A stretch of DNA of 64,000 bases, taken from contig JANMDX010000282.1 of NCBI GenBank assembly GCA_031376505.1, positions 9,536 through 73,535 on the forward strand. Direction: 5' to 3'. The notes under the pieces were generated by a model, which made no database searches, was not told the origin of the DNA, and worked only from the letters and a program-made list of their open reading frames with translations. This DNA is from Acidobacteriota bacterium. GTDB lineage: Bacteria; Acidobacteriota; Vicinamibacteria; Vicinamibacterales; UBA2999. Shown piece after piece: positions 10,465 through 20,990 of this stretch. The position numbers and the translations under genes are program-made. How positions within the stretch are numbered: the stretch's first letter is position 1; every line of letters starts with the position of its first letter.

Positions 10465-11736
10465 TTGGCTTCGCGGGTCGGCATCGACTTTGGCACGAGC
10501 AACAGCGCGGTCGCGTGCGCCATCGACAGAGCAGCGCCGCGTCTGTCATCGTTCCCGAGCGCCCACGGTGCGCGCTCGACCTTCCCCTCGGTCCTGTACT
10601 TCGAGTCGCGAAAGCCGGCATCGGCCGGCTGGCCCGCGATCGAGCGCTACCTGGCCACCGAGCACAAGGGTCGATTCATCCAGTCGCTGAAGACGTACCT
10701 GGCGGACCGTAGCTTCGAGGGCACCGTCATCGGCACGAAGTACTTCGGGCTCGAGCGGCTCATCGCGCTGCTTGGCAAGCACATCGGCGATCATCTGGCG
10801 TGGCCGTCCCCTCGACGCGCGATGCTCGGCCGGCCGGTGCACTTCTCGCTGCCTGCCGACGTCGACCTCGACGCGTTTGCCGAGGGTCGGCTGGGTGACG
10901 CCTTCCGCCTGGCGGGGTTCGACGAGCTTGCCTTCGAATACGAGCCCGTCGCTGCGGCCTACGCGTACGAGGCCCGGCTCGCCCGCGACGAGCGCATCCT
11001 GATCGGCGACTTCGGCGGCGGCACGAGCGACTTCACCGTAATCGCCGTGGGCCCGGGCGTGCGCCACCGCGGACGCCGGGCGTCGGACGTCCTGGGCACC
11101 GATGGCGTGCCGCTGGCCGGCGACGCGTTCGATCGGCACCTGGTGCGGCATCTGGTGGCGCCGCGGCTGGGACTGGGTGACGAGTACCTGTCCCCACCCG
11201 ACAAGAGGCTGCCGGTGCCGAGTTGGCCCTATGAGCGGCTGGAGCGCTGGCACCATCTGTCGTTCCTGCGGTCGGCCGACACCCTCGACATTCTCGAGCG
11301 CGTGCGGCGCACGGCTTCACGCCCCGAACGCCTCGAGGCGTTTCTGCGACTCATCCGCGACGATCTCGGGTTTCAGCTGCACGAGGCCGTGCAGCGCACC
11401 AAATTCGCGCTGTCGGCCACGACGGCGTCGGAGTTCTCGTTCGAATCGGGCGGCGTGGTCATTCGAGCCAGCGTCTCGCGCGCGGACTTCGAGGCCTGGA
11501 TCGCCGACGACCTGGCGGCCATGGCGGCGTGCGTGGACCGGCTGGTGTCGGCGACCGGACTGGCGCCGGGCGACATCGACCGCGTGTTCCTGACGGGCGG
11601 CTCGTCGTTCGTGCCCGCGGTGCGGCAGATCTTCGTGGACCGGTTCGGTCCAGAGAAGGTGACCGGCGGCGACGAACTGACGTCGGTGGCAACTGGCCTC
11701 GCCTTGTGCGCCCGCGAGCGCTGGCCGGCGGCATGA
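10465..11736 (+). CDS. Hsp70-family ATPase (YegD-like, no substrate-binding domain)
   Basis: [29 protein letters not shown]; TTG start 9 nt after TAAGAT. Confidence 0.88.
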   Translation: MASRVGIDFGTSNSAVACAIDRAAPRLSSFPSAHGARSTFPSVLYFESRKPASAGWPAIERYLATEHKGRFIQSLKTYLADRSFEGTVIGTKYFGLERLIALLGKHIGDHLAWPSPRRAMLGRPVHFSLPADVDLDAFAEGRLGDAFRLAGFDELAFEYEPVAAAYAYEARLARDERILIGDFGGGTSDFTVIAVGPGVRHRGRRASDVLGTDGVPLAGDAFDRHLVRHLVAPRLGLGDEYLSPPDKRLPVPSWPYERLERWHHLSFLRSADTLDILERVRRTASRPERLEAFLRLIRDDLGFQLHEAVQRTKFALSATTASEFSFESGGVVIRASVSRADFEAWIADDLAAMAACVDRLVSATGLAPGDIDRVFLTGGSSFVPAVRQIFVDRFGPEKVTGGDELTSVATGLALCARERWPAA

Positions 11737-11833
11737 GGCATGGCTCGGCGCGCACGCGCGCCGCAGATCGAGTCATCATTGGCGAGCGTCGGCCCGTGTT
11801 GCCGTCCGCCCGTTCCCTCGAGGTCGAGTCCGC

Positions 11834-12520
11834 ATGCACACCGTGATCCCCGTCTGGCAGCTTCCCACCGTCCCGGTAGTCGGCGACACGGCCACGTTCC
11901 CGGTGCGCCGTATCTACTGCGTGGGCCGCAACTACGCCGCGCATGCGCGCGAGATGGGCGCCGATCCGACCCGCGAGGCGCCGTTCTTCTTCACGAAGCC
12001 GGCCGACGCGGTCGTACTCGACGGCGCCACGCTCCCCTATCCACAGGCCACGCGGAACCTGCATCACGAGATCGAGCTCGTCGTGGCGCTCAAGGGCGGA
12101 GGCGCGAACGTGCCGGTCGATACCGCGCTCGACCTCGTCTATGGCTACGGCGTGGGACTCGATATGACGCGGCGCGACCTGCAGAATGCGGCCAAGGCCG
12201 CTGGCAAGCCGTGGGACATGGGTAAGGGCTTCGATCGGTCGGCGCCAATCACTGCGATCAGGCCGGCCGAGGCCATTGGCCATCCCTCGAAGGGCGCCGT
12301 GTGGCTCAAGGTGAACGGCGAGGTCAAGCAGACCGGCGACCTGGCGGATCTCATCTGGAGCGTGCCGGAGACGATCGCCTATCTCTCTGGCCTGGTCGAA
12401 CTCGCGCCCGGCGATTTGATCTTTACCGGCACGCCGGAAGGTGTCGGGCCGGTGGTGGCCGGCGATCTGCTCGAGGGACACATCGACGGCGTGGGCGACT
12501 TGACGATCCGCTACGTCTGA
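11834..12520 (+). CDS. fumarylacetoacetate hydrolase family protein (fumarylpyruvate hydrolase-like)
   Basis: IYCVGRNYAAH, FFTKP, HHEIEL, DMTRRDLQ, GDLIFTGTPEGVG. Confidence 0.9.
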   Translation: MHTVIPVWQLPTVPVVGDTATFPVRRIYCVGRNYAAHAREMGADPTREAPFFFTKPADAVVLDGATLPYPQATRNLHHEIELVVALKGGGANVPVDTALDLVYGYGVGLDMTRRDLQNAAKAAGKPWDMGKGFDRSAPITAIRPAEAIGHPSKGAVWLKVNGEVKQTGDLADLIWSVPETIAYLSGLVELAPGDLIFTGTPEGVGPVVAGDLLEGHIDGVGDLTIRYV

Positions 12521-12608
12521 CGCACACGGCTTTCGCGCTGTCCATCACCGCGTCACGATCGTCCCGCCGGGATGTCGTGGATCGAGTTCAGTGGTGAGCG
12601 TGGTCCCG

Positions 12609-12617
12609 TGCTAACGT
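12609..12617 (+). promoter_or_regulatory. extended -10 element (TG-C-TAACGT), probable leaderless promoter of the MNT-HEPN pair
   Basis: tgctaacgt ends 6 nt before ATG 12624; no Shine-Dalgarno present. Confidence 0.45.
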
Positions 12618-12623
12618 GGCGCC

Positions 12624-13112
12624 ATGACCAGCCCAGACCGTCACTGCGGGCCGTCGCTCGACGAGGTCGCCAGCGGCGCCCGCCAGCACTACGGCGATCG
12701 CCTCGTAGCGCTCGTGGTGTTCGGTTCGCGGGGGCGCGGATCGGCCCGTGCCGATTCGGACCTCGACCTCCTGATCGTGGCTGACGGCCTGCCCCACGGG
12801 CGTGTGGCGCGGGTCATGGAGTTCGCCGCGCTCGAGACCGCCCTGGCGGCTCAGGGAACGCTGGGTACCCCCGCGGTCTCGTGTTCGCCCGTGTTCAAGT
12901 CGCCGGCCGAGGCCGCGGCGGGTAGTCCGCTCTTCCTCGACATGGTCGACGACGCCCGCATTCTGTTTGACCGCGACGGTTTCTTCGCGGCCGTGCTGGA
13001 ACGGCTGCGCACCAGGCTGGCGGCGCTCGGCGCCCGACGGGTCTGGCGTGGCAACGCGTGGTTCTGGGATCTCAAACCAGACTATGTCCCTGGCGAGGTC
13101 TTCGAGCTGTGA
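12624..13112 (+). CDS. minimal nucleotidyltransferase (MNT) domain protein
   Basis: VFGSRGRG...DSDLDLLIV matches the GS-x10-DxD motif; stop overlaps the HEPN start (GTGA). Confidence 0.88.
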   Translation: MTSPDRHCGPSLDEVASGARQHYGDRLVALVVFGSRGRGSARADSDLDLLIVADGLPHGRVARVMEFAALETALAAQGTLGTPAVSCSPVFKSPAEAAAGSPLFLDMVDDARILFDRDGFFAAVLERLRTRLAALGARRVWRGNAWFWDLKPDYVPGEVFEL

Positions 13113-13519
13113 CGAACGTCTCGCTCGCCCAGAGCTACTTGACGAAGGCGCGGGTGCGTCTCGCGATCCTCACAGTGCTCTTCGACGCCGACGCCTACTC
13201 GGACGTGGTGCGCGAGGCGCAGGAGATCGTCGAGCTGGCGCTCAAGGGGATCCTGCGTCAGGTCGGCGTCGAGCCGCCGCACTGGCACGACGTCGGCGCC
13301 CTGTTGCGCGAGCACGCGAGCCGCGTTCCGTCAATCTCGGCTGCCGAGCTCGACCGGCTCGCCATCACGTCGGCGTGGCTGCGCAAGGAGCGGGAATTTT
13401 CGTTCTACGGCGACATCGACTTCATCCCCACCGAGCAGTACGACGCCACGGTCGCGATGCGGGCGATCGACGGGGCGCGCGAATGCGTGGCCGCGGCGAC
13501 GCGCGTCATCGTCGTGTGA
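13109..13519 (+). CDS. HEPN domain protein (COG2250-like), partner of MNT
   Basis: AQEIVELALKG, PPHWHDV, REFSFYG; GTG start at 13109 coupled to the MNT stop. Confidence 0.85.
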   Translation: MTNVSLAQSYLTKARVRLAILTVLFDADAYSDVVREAQEIVELALKGILRQVGVEPPHWHDVGALLREHASRVPSISAAELDRLAITSAWLRKEREFSFYGDIDFIPTEQYDATVAMRAIDGARECVAAATRVIVV

Positions 13520-13858
13520 AGCGCCGCACATGCTCTGCGGAGGGTGTGATCGACGACGAGCGTGCCCCAGAGCAGCGGCAGATGGAGGTATCGTCGCGAA
13601 GACCGGGGGCGGCACCGCCTGGTTGCGCCCGGCGGCGAATTCGAACGCCAGCCGGGGCGCGATGGCGCCGAGCACGATCGCCTCAGTCGGGTAGCGTCGC
13701 TGCCAAGGACATCTGCTGGGCTGACGGGAGACCTCTGCCAATGGCTGGGAGCCAGGGTCTGATAACGGTGATTCGGTCACCCCCAGACCCCGCTGATGTC
13801 TGCTGTCGTCTGGTGGTCAACGGCACCGCGTCCCGCCCGTGCTGGGACCGTTCCTGCC

Positions 13859-15265
<1,407 letters not shown>

Positions 15266-15272
15266 GGCCGGG

Positions 15273-16415
15273 CTACGAGGGGCGCTGCGTGGTGGTTTCC
15301 CGGTGGTCGGCGTAGCCTTCTTCGACCTCATGCCCGCCGTGGTAGGTCTTGTCGACGGGCCGACGAATCTCCGACTGCGGCACGACCTTGTCGCGCAGGA
15401 GCCCTTTGAGATCGTCCACCGACGTCCACCCGTGGTCGGCGTGGCGCTCCAGGCACTCCGCCAGTCCCTCGGTGAGGCGCCGGATGACGTTCGGACCGAT
15501 GGCGTGGTCGAGCATGGCCGCTGTGCAGACCTGAACGGTCCCGCACCCGAGCAGGAAATAGTTCAGGGCATGGGCGAAGTCGGCAATGCCACCGATGCCT
15601 GAAAAGCTGCGGTCGGGCAGCGCATGAGTCATCTGCGCCACCTTCGCCAGCGAGAGCGGCAGAATCGCGGGACCGCCCAGCCCCCCACTCGAGACGTAGC
15701 CATCGACGTTGATCTCGAAGTCGAGAGTGTCGGGGTCGACCAGCGGCAGCGAGGGGAACGTATTGGACGAGACGACCGCGTCGGCCCCGCCGAGGAAGGC
15801 CGCACGCGCCTCCACGGCGATGTCCGCGGTCGATGGCGTGAGCTTGGCCCACACGGGCACCCGCGCCACCTCCTTGACCGCCTGGGTGACGCCGGAGACG
15901 AGTACTTGGTCCTGGCCGATGTTCGAGCCCATGTCCTTGCGGTCCATGTGCGGGCACGACAGGTTGAGCTCCAGCGCATCGGCGCCCGCGTCTTGACAGG
16001 CGCGGGCCAGCGTCTGCCAGTTCTGCAGTTCCCGGTCGCTGCCCGAACCGGCCATGATCGACGCGACGAGGACGCGGTCCGGGAACGCCTTCTTGATGCC
16101 CGCAATTCGCGGCACCCACCAGTCGAGTGTCTTGTCGGAGATGAGTTCCCAGTTCCACGAGGCGAAGAGCGCCGTGCCCGGCCGCTTCTGCATGGACAAT
16201 CGTCCGGTCTCGGGGTGGGCACGCAGGAACTTGGTTTTCGGACCCGCGACATTCACCACCGGGTGCAGGCCGATGGTCTTGGTCACGACACCGCCCCAGC
16301 CGACGTCGAACGCCCGCATGATGTTGCTGTCGGATTCGGTCGGCGGCGCCGACGACAGCAGGAAGGGATTGCTGAAGTGCAGGCCGGTGAACTCGGTCGA
16401 CAGGCGCACGGTCAT
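15273..16415 (-). CDS. preA: dihydropyrimidine dehydrogenase FMN subunit (PreA/PYD1-like), without C-terminal Fe-S domain
   Basis: NPFLLSSAPPT, GWGGVVTKT, NWELIS, ELNLSCPH, KLTP, SGIGGI, VQVCTAAM. Confidence 0.85.
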   Translation of the reverse strand: MTVRLSTEFTGLHFSNPFLLSSAPPTESDSNIMRAFDVGWGGVVTKTIGLHPVVNVAGPKTKFLRAHPETGRLSMQKRPGTALFASWNWELISDKTLDWWVPRIAGIKKAFPDRVLVASIMAGSGSDRELQNWQTLARACQDAGADALELNLSCPHMDRKDMGSNIGQDQVLVSGVTQAVKEVARVPVWAKLTPSTADIAVEARAAFLGGADAVVSSNTFPSLPLVDPDTLDFEINVDGYVSSGGLGGPAILPLSLAKVAQMTHALPDRSFSGIGGIADFAHALNYFLLGCGTVQVCTAAMLDHAIGPNVIRRLTEGLAECLERHADHGWTSVDDLKGLLRDKVVPQSEIRRPVDKTYHGGHEVEEGYADHRETTTQRPS

Positions 16416-16446
16416 GGTGATCCTTGTCTGCCCTGAGGCGTCGGTG

Positions 16447-17823
16447 TCAGCTGCGCGAACTCCGCTTCAGGAAGCTGCCTGCGCCCGCGCGGCCAACAAA
16501 ACGCCCGGCCTCGATAATGACCCGGCCGCGGGAGAGCACCGTTTCGGGCACGCCGGTCACCTGCCGGCCCTCGTAGGGGTTGTAGTCGACCTTCATGTGA
16601 TGGGTACGCGCCGATAGCGTAACCGTCTTCTCGGGATCGAACACGACGATGTCGGCGTCCGACCCGGGTGCGATCGTTCCCTTCCTGGGAAACAGTCCGA
16701 AGATGCGGGCGGGCGACGTCGAGGTCAACTCGACAAACCGATTGAGCGAGATTCGGCCGGTCCGCACGCCGCCGTCGTAGACCAGGCTCATGCGGGTCTC
16801 GATGCCCGGCGCCCCGTTGGGAATCTTCGAGAAATCGCTCCGACCCAGCTCCTTTTGCTCTTTCATGCAGAAGGGGCAGTGGTCCGTCGCGATGACCTGC
16901 AGATCGTTGGACGCCAGCCCGCGCCACAGCTGGTTCTGCGTCGATCGATCCCGCAGCGGAGGGCTCATGACGTACTTCGCCCCCTCGAACTCCGGCTCGT
17001 CGTAGTTGTCGGAAGAGAGGAAGAGGTATTGCGGACACGTTTCGGCAAACGCCGGCAGGCCCCGGTCGCGCGCCTCGGTGACCATGTCGAGCGCTTCGGC
17101 CGCCGAGAGGTGCACGATGTAGACCGGCACGTCGGCGATCTCCGCAAGCGCGATGGCGCGATGGGTGGCCTCGCCTTCGGCCCGCGCGGGGCGCGTGAGC
17201 GCGTGGTATTTCGGGGCCGTCCGCCCCTCGGCCAGCGCACGCTGCACGAGCACGTCGATCACGCCACCGTTCTCGGCGTGCATGCAGATGGTGCCCCCGT
17301 TCTTTCCCGTTCTCAGCAGCGCGCGGAAGATGCTCGCGTCGTCCAGCATGAACACGCCGGGGTAGGCCATGAACAGCTTGAACGACGTGATGCCTTGCCG
17401 GACGAGCGCATCCATTTCGAGCTCGATCTGATCGTTCACCTCCGTGGCGATCATGTGGAAGCCGTAGTCGATGGCCGCGCGTCCCTCGGCCTTCTTCAGC
17501 CACGTCTCCCACGCATGGTGCAGCGTCTGGCCTCGATACTGGATGGCGAAATCGATGATCGACGTGGTGCCTCCGAAGGCGGCGGCAATCGTGCCCGATT
17601 CGAAGTCGTCGGCCGACTTCGTGCCTCCAAACGGCATGTCGAGGTGGGTGTGCGCGTCGAGCCCGCCCGGAATGACATACCGGTTCGAGGCATCGATCAC
17701 CTTGTCGGCCGGGATGTCGAGCGCGGTGCCGATCGTCTGGATGGTCTCGCCTTCGATGAGGACGTCGCCGCGATAGAGGTCGGTCGCGGTGACGATGGTG
17801 CCGTTGCGGATGAGTGTGCGCAT
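16447..17823 (-). CDS. hydA: dihydropyrimidinase (D-hydantoinase)
   Basis: PGGLDAHTH, AAAFGGTT, SFKLFMAY, HAENG, ETCPQYL, MSPPLR, ATDHCPF. Confidence 0.95.
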   Translation of the reverse strand: MRTLIRNGTIVTATDLYRGDVLIEGETIQTIGTALDIPADKVIDASNRYVIPGGLDAHTHLDMPFGGTKSADDFESGTIAAAFGGTTSIIDFAIQYRGQTLHHAWETWLKKAEGRAAIDYGFHMIATEVNDQIELEMDALVRQGITSFKLFMAYPGVFMLDDASIFRALLRTGKNGGTICMHAENGGVIDVLVQRALAEGRTAPKYHALTRPARAEGEATHRAIALAEIADVPVYIVHLSAAEALDMVTEARDRGLPAFAETCPQYLFLSSDNYDEPEFEGAKYVMSPPLRDRSTQNQLWRGLASNDLQVIATDHCPFCMKEQKELGRSDFSKIPNGAPGIETRMSLVYDGGVRTGRISLNRFVELTSTSPARIFGLFPRKGTIAPGSDADIVVFDPEKTVTLSARTHHMKVDYNPYEGRQVTGVPETVLSRGRVIIEAGRFVGRAGAGSFLKRSSRS

Positions 17824-17910
17824 AGGCTGGACCCACGTGCCGCCACCGCGACGGCCCGACCAACGGGGGCCGCCCGGCGGAGCTGGCGCGAACGCCTGGA
17901 GTATAGCGCG

Positions 17911-19185
17911 CTACTCTGCGGCCACGTGGGCCACGGTCTTGTCGACCAGCCGCAGGAACGCGCGGACGGACGCCAGCAGGTGCGGCCGCGGTGTGTCCTC
18001 CTCCTTGCAGTGAGACAGCCCGCGCGCCGAGTAGGCGAACATCATGGCTACGGGCATGTGGGGCACCATCTCGGCGGCATCGTGGAGCGGTCCCGACGGC
18101 AGCTCCGGCGCGTCACCGGTTTCTTCGCAAACCGCGGCGCGGCACAAGTCGACCAAGGCTGGGTCGAACGGGCGCGGTTCGATCCGCCAGAGCGGCGACC
18201 ACTCGACCGCGGCGTCGTTGTCCCGCGCGTGCCGGAACGCGGCCTGGCGCGCATCCGCGAGCATGGCGGCGAGCACAGGCGCATCGAGTGCGCGCTGATC
18301 GAGCGAGATTTCGCAGACGCCAGGCACGGCGGTGACGATGCCCGGCTCGACGCGCACCGACCCCACGGTGCAGACCACGCCCGCGCCAGGGCGCGAGTGC
18401 CGCACGGCGATGTCGCGGCACTCGAGAGCGGTCGCCGCGGCAGCGAGAAACGCATCCCGCCGCATCGAAATGGGCGTCGAGCCCGAGTGCGCCGCCTGGC
18501 CCATGAAGCGCAGCCGGTGGCGCTCGACGCCGAACGTGCCCAGCACGACGCCAACGGGTCGCTGGATCGATTCGAGCACCGGACCCTGCTCGATGTGCAG
18601 CTCGAGATACGCGCGCCCGGCCAGACCCTGCAGGTGGATGCTGGCCTCCCCCATGGCGTCAATTGACACGCCGTACTGCGCGAGCGCGTCTACGATCGAC
18701 ATGCCGTCGCGGTCCTTCAGGCCCCTGATGTCGTCGACGACCAAGGACCCGGATGCCGCGGACGAACCGAGCAGACTGCGACCGAACCTGGCGCCCTCCT
18801 CGTCTGCCCAGTCGACCACCCGCACGGTCACCGGTGGGCGGCCGACCGACGCGTAGCCGCGAAGTACCTCGAGGCCAGCCGTCATGCCCAGCACGCCGTC
18901 GAGCCAGCCGCCGTCTGGCACCGAGTCGAGATGCGAACCGACGATGACCGAACGGGTCGATGCGCCGGGGAGCATCACCCAGCCGTTCCCGGCCGCGTCG
19001 TGGACCACGTCGAGACCGAGCTCGCCGACCTTCGCCCTGAACCAGTCACGCGCACGCTGCCAAGTTGTCGTCCACGCCAGGCGCTGCGCGCCCGCGGGCG
19101 ACGACGTCAGCGCGGCGATGGCCTCGAGGTCGGCGATGACCCGGGCGGCCCGCTCATCGAGCGATGCGTCGAACCCATCTGTCAT
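17911..19185 (-). CDS. M20 Zn-dependent hydrolase (beta-ureidopropionase / N-carbamoyl-L-amino acid hydrolase)
   Basis: GSHLDS, GGWLDG, EEGARF, ELHIEQGP, AHSGSTP, GPLHDA, SHCKEE. Confidence 0.9.
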   Translation of the reverse strand: MTDGFDASLDERAARVIADLEAIAALTSSPAGAQRLAWTTTWQRARDWFRAKVGELGLDVVHDAAGNGWVMLPGASTRSVIVGSHLDSVPDGGWLDGVLGMTAGLEVLRGYASVGRPPVTVRVVDWADEEGARFGRSLLGSSAASGSLVVDDIRGLKDRDGMSIVDALAQYGVSIDAMGEASIHLQGLAGRAYLELHIEQGPVLESIQRPVGVVLGTFGVERHRLRFMGQAAHSGSTPISMRRDAFLAAAATALECRDIAVRHSRPGAGVVCTVGSVRVEPGIVTAVPGVCEISLDQRALDAPVLAAMLADARQAAFRHARDNDAAVEWSPLWRIEPRPFDPALVDLCRAAVCEETGDAPELPSGPLHDAAEMVPHMPVAMMFAYSARGLSHCKEEDTPRPHLLASVRAFLRLVDKTVAHVAAE

Positions 19186-19384
19186 GGGGCTCTCCAGATC
19201 ATTCTCGCGGGCACGATACTAGAGGCACAGCAATGGGTCAACGCGGCATGCTGGCAATCGTCATGCTGATGCTCCGACAACACCGCGGTATGACAATCGC
19301 GGGACGGCGTTCGAGTTCCCTCGCCCACTGATGGCGGTTCCAGGAGAGGGCGCCAGTTGATCGCATCCTTGCCTTCGGCCATTC

Positions 19385-19519
19385 CTGGCCTGGTCGAACT
19401 CGCGCCCCGTGATTTAGTTCTTACCGGCACGCCGGGAGAGCGTAGGGTCGGTGGTGGCCGGAGATCCCCGCGAGGGGCACGTTGACGGCGTGGGCCACTT
19501 GACGATCCGCTACGCCTGA
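19385..19519 (+). pseudogene. degenerate duplicate of the 3' end of the FAH-family gene (12387-12520)
   Basis: ctggcctggtcgaactcgcgccc...cttgacgatccgctacg(c/t)ctga aligns at roughly 80% identity by eye, with one 1-nt insertion; encodes GLVELAPRDLVLTGTP/VGSVVAGDPREGHVDGVGHLTIRYA*. Confidence 0.9.
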
Positions 19520-19544
19520 ACGTCCTGGCGGCGAGCGCCGTCAG

Positions 19545-19997
19545 TCACAGCGACACGATGGTCACGCCGGGATTGCGGGGATCCAGGCGGAAGCCCCGCA
19601 CCGTCGTGATGGCGCGCAGCCGCTGATGCAGCGCGCCGCGGATCCGACCGCCGGACCGCCCGTGGATGAACCGCACCTCGGCGAGGCCCGCTCGCATCGC
19701 AGCGTCGAGCGCGTCGTCGATGCGAGCTAGAGCTTCCTCGACGACCATCCCGTGCAGATCGATCTCGCTCGGGGCGTGCGATCGACGCGCGGACACGTCC
19801 GTGGTGACCGGCACTGAGGTCACGGGCACCTTGCGCGGCGCAACCGACAGTGCGGTCACCGCCTTCTGCTCCACCACGAGCGCGCGCAGCTGGATCTGCA
19901 CGAGCAGCCGGCCGTTGCTCCGCACTTCGAGTACGACGCCCTTGCCATAGGGCGTCTGCACCGCGTCCCCGGCCGCGAGCCGTTCGCTCATCGCCAT
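19545..19997 (-). CDS. stand-alone KOW-like + Smr domain protein (MutS2 C-terminal-like)
   Basis: AGDAVQTPYGKGVV N-terminus; EIDLHG and IHGRSGG Smr motifs. Confidence 0.85.
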   Translation of the reverse strand: MAMSERLAAGDAVQTPYGKGVVLEVRSNGRLLVQIQLRALVVEQKAVTALSVAPRKVPVTSVPVTTDVSARRSHAPSEIDLHGMVVEEALARIDDALDAAMRAGLAEVRFIHGRSGGRIRGALHQRLRAITTVRGFRLDPRNPGVTIVSL

Positions 19998-20006
19998 CGC
20001 GCTCAG

Positions 20007-20909
20007 TCAGGCCCGCCGGCCCGCGGCGCTTCTCGCCACGGTCAGAAACGTGTCGACGACCGGACGGACGGCGCCACTGGCCCGCACCATCGAGAGCTGC
20101 ACGGAGGCGCGGGCAATGGGCTTGTAGACCACGCCCTTCCACGACATCCGCTGCACGGTGGCTGGCACGATGGTGACGCCTACGCCCGCGCCGACGAGTC
20201 CCACCGTCGTGTAGACTTCGCGGCTTTCCTGCACCACCGTGGGACTGAATCCCGCGCTGCGACACAAGCGCATCACCGCCTCGTGCAGGAGCGGTGCAAT
20301 CGCGCGCGGAAAGAGCACCCAGGGTTCCTGGGCCAGCGCGGACACCGGCACCCGCGCGACACGCGCCAGGGCATGGTCCCGATTCAAGGCGATGAGGAGC
20401 GGCTCCCGCGCGAAGGGCTCGACGTGCAGCCGTGGATCGGCCTCGGCGCCCCTCACGAAGCCCAGGTCGAGGTCGCCGCGCAGCAAGGCGGCAATCTGCT
20501 CGGCCGTGGCCAGTTCCCGCAGTTCGATGTGCACGCCAGGATTGCGGCTGCGATAGGTCCGCACCACCTGGGCCAGCGTGGAGAGCATCAGCGTGGGTCC
20601 GAAGCCCACGCGCAGCTCCCCCGTCTGCCCGGCATGGGCCTGACGCGTCGCCACGACGGCGGCGTCGACGTCTCTGAAAATCCGCCCGGCCGAGTCGAGC
20701 AGCACGCGCCCGGCATCCGTGAGCACGACGCGCCGGCTGTGACGGTCAAAGAGACGAGCCCCCACGATGCCTTCAAGTTGCTGGATCTGGGTGCTCAGCG
20801 AGGGAGGCGAGAGCGCCAGACGAGCCGCCGCTCGGCCGAAATGCAGTTCTTCAGCCACGATCGAGAAGTACCGCAGGTGACGAAGCTCGAGCCGAGGCGG
20901 GTCAATCAT
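20007..20909 (-). CDS. LysR family transcriptional regulator
   Basis: LELRHLRYF...HFGRAAARL...QIQQLE HTH; divergent from the hppD operon. Confidence 0.95.
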   Translation of the reverse strand: MIDPPRLELRHLRYFSIVAEELHFGRAAARLALSPPSLSTQIQQLEGIVGARLFDRHSRRVVLTDAGRVLLDSAGRIFRDVDAAVVATRQAHAGQTGELRVGFGPTLMLSTLAQVVRTYRSRNPGVHIELRELATAEQIAALLRGDLDLGFVRGAEADPRLHVEPFAREPLLIALNRDHALARVARVPVSALAQEPWVLFPRAIAPLLHEAVMRLCRSAGFSPTVVQESREVYTTVGLVGAGVGVTIVPATVQRMSWKGVVYKPIARASVQLSMVRASGAVRPVVDTFLTVARSAAGRRA

Positions 20910-20921
20910 GAGGTGCTAGCT

Positions 20922-20958
20922 ATTGATCAGCAGACAAAATGGTAATGGATCTATCAAT
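20922..20958. promoter_or_regulatory. AT-rich divergent promoter / probable LysR operator
   Basis: ATTGAT...ATCAAT inverted repeat in the AT-rich spacer between lysR and the operon. Confidence 0.45.
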
Positions 20959-20990
20959 CCCAACGCCATAGGCTGGTCGTCAGCACCGCC

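Noticed and set aside
13520-13858. 340-nt spacer with a hydrophobic - strand stretch (AIVLGAIAPRLAFEFAAG...VPPPVFATIP) that might be a permease relic
   Set aside because: Too weak to assign by eye; needs BLASTx.
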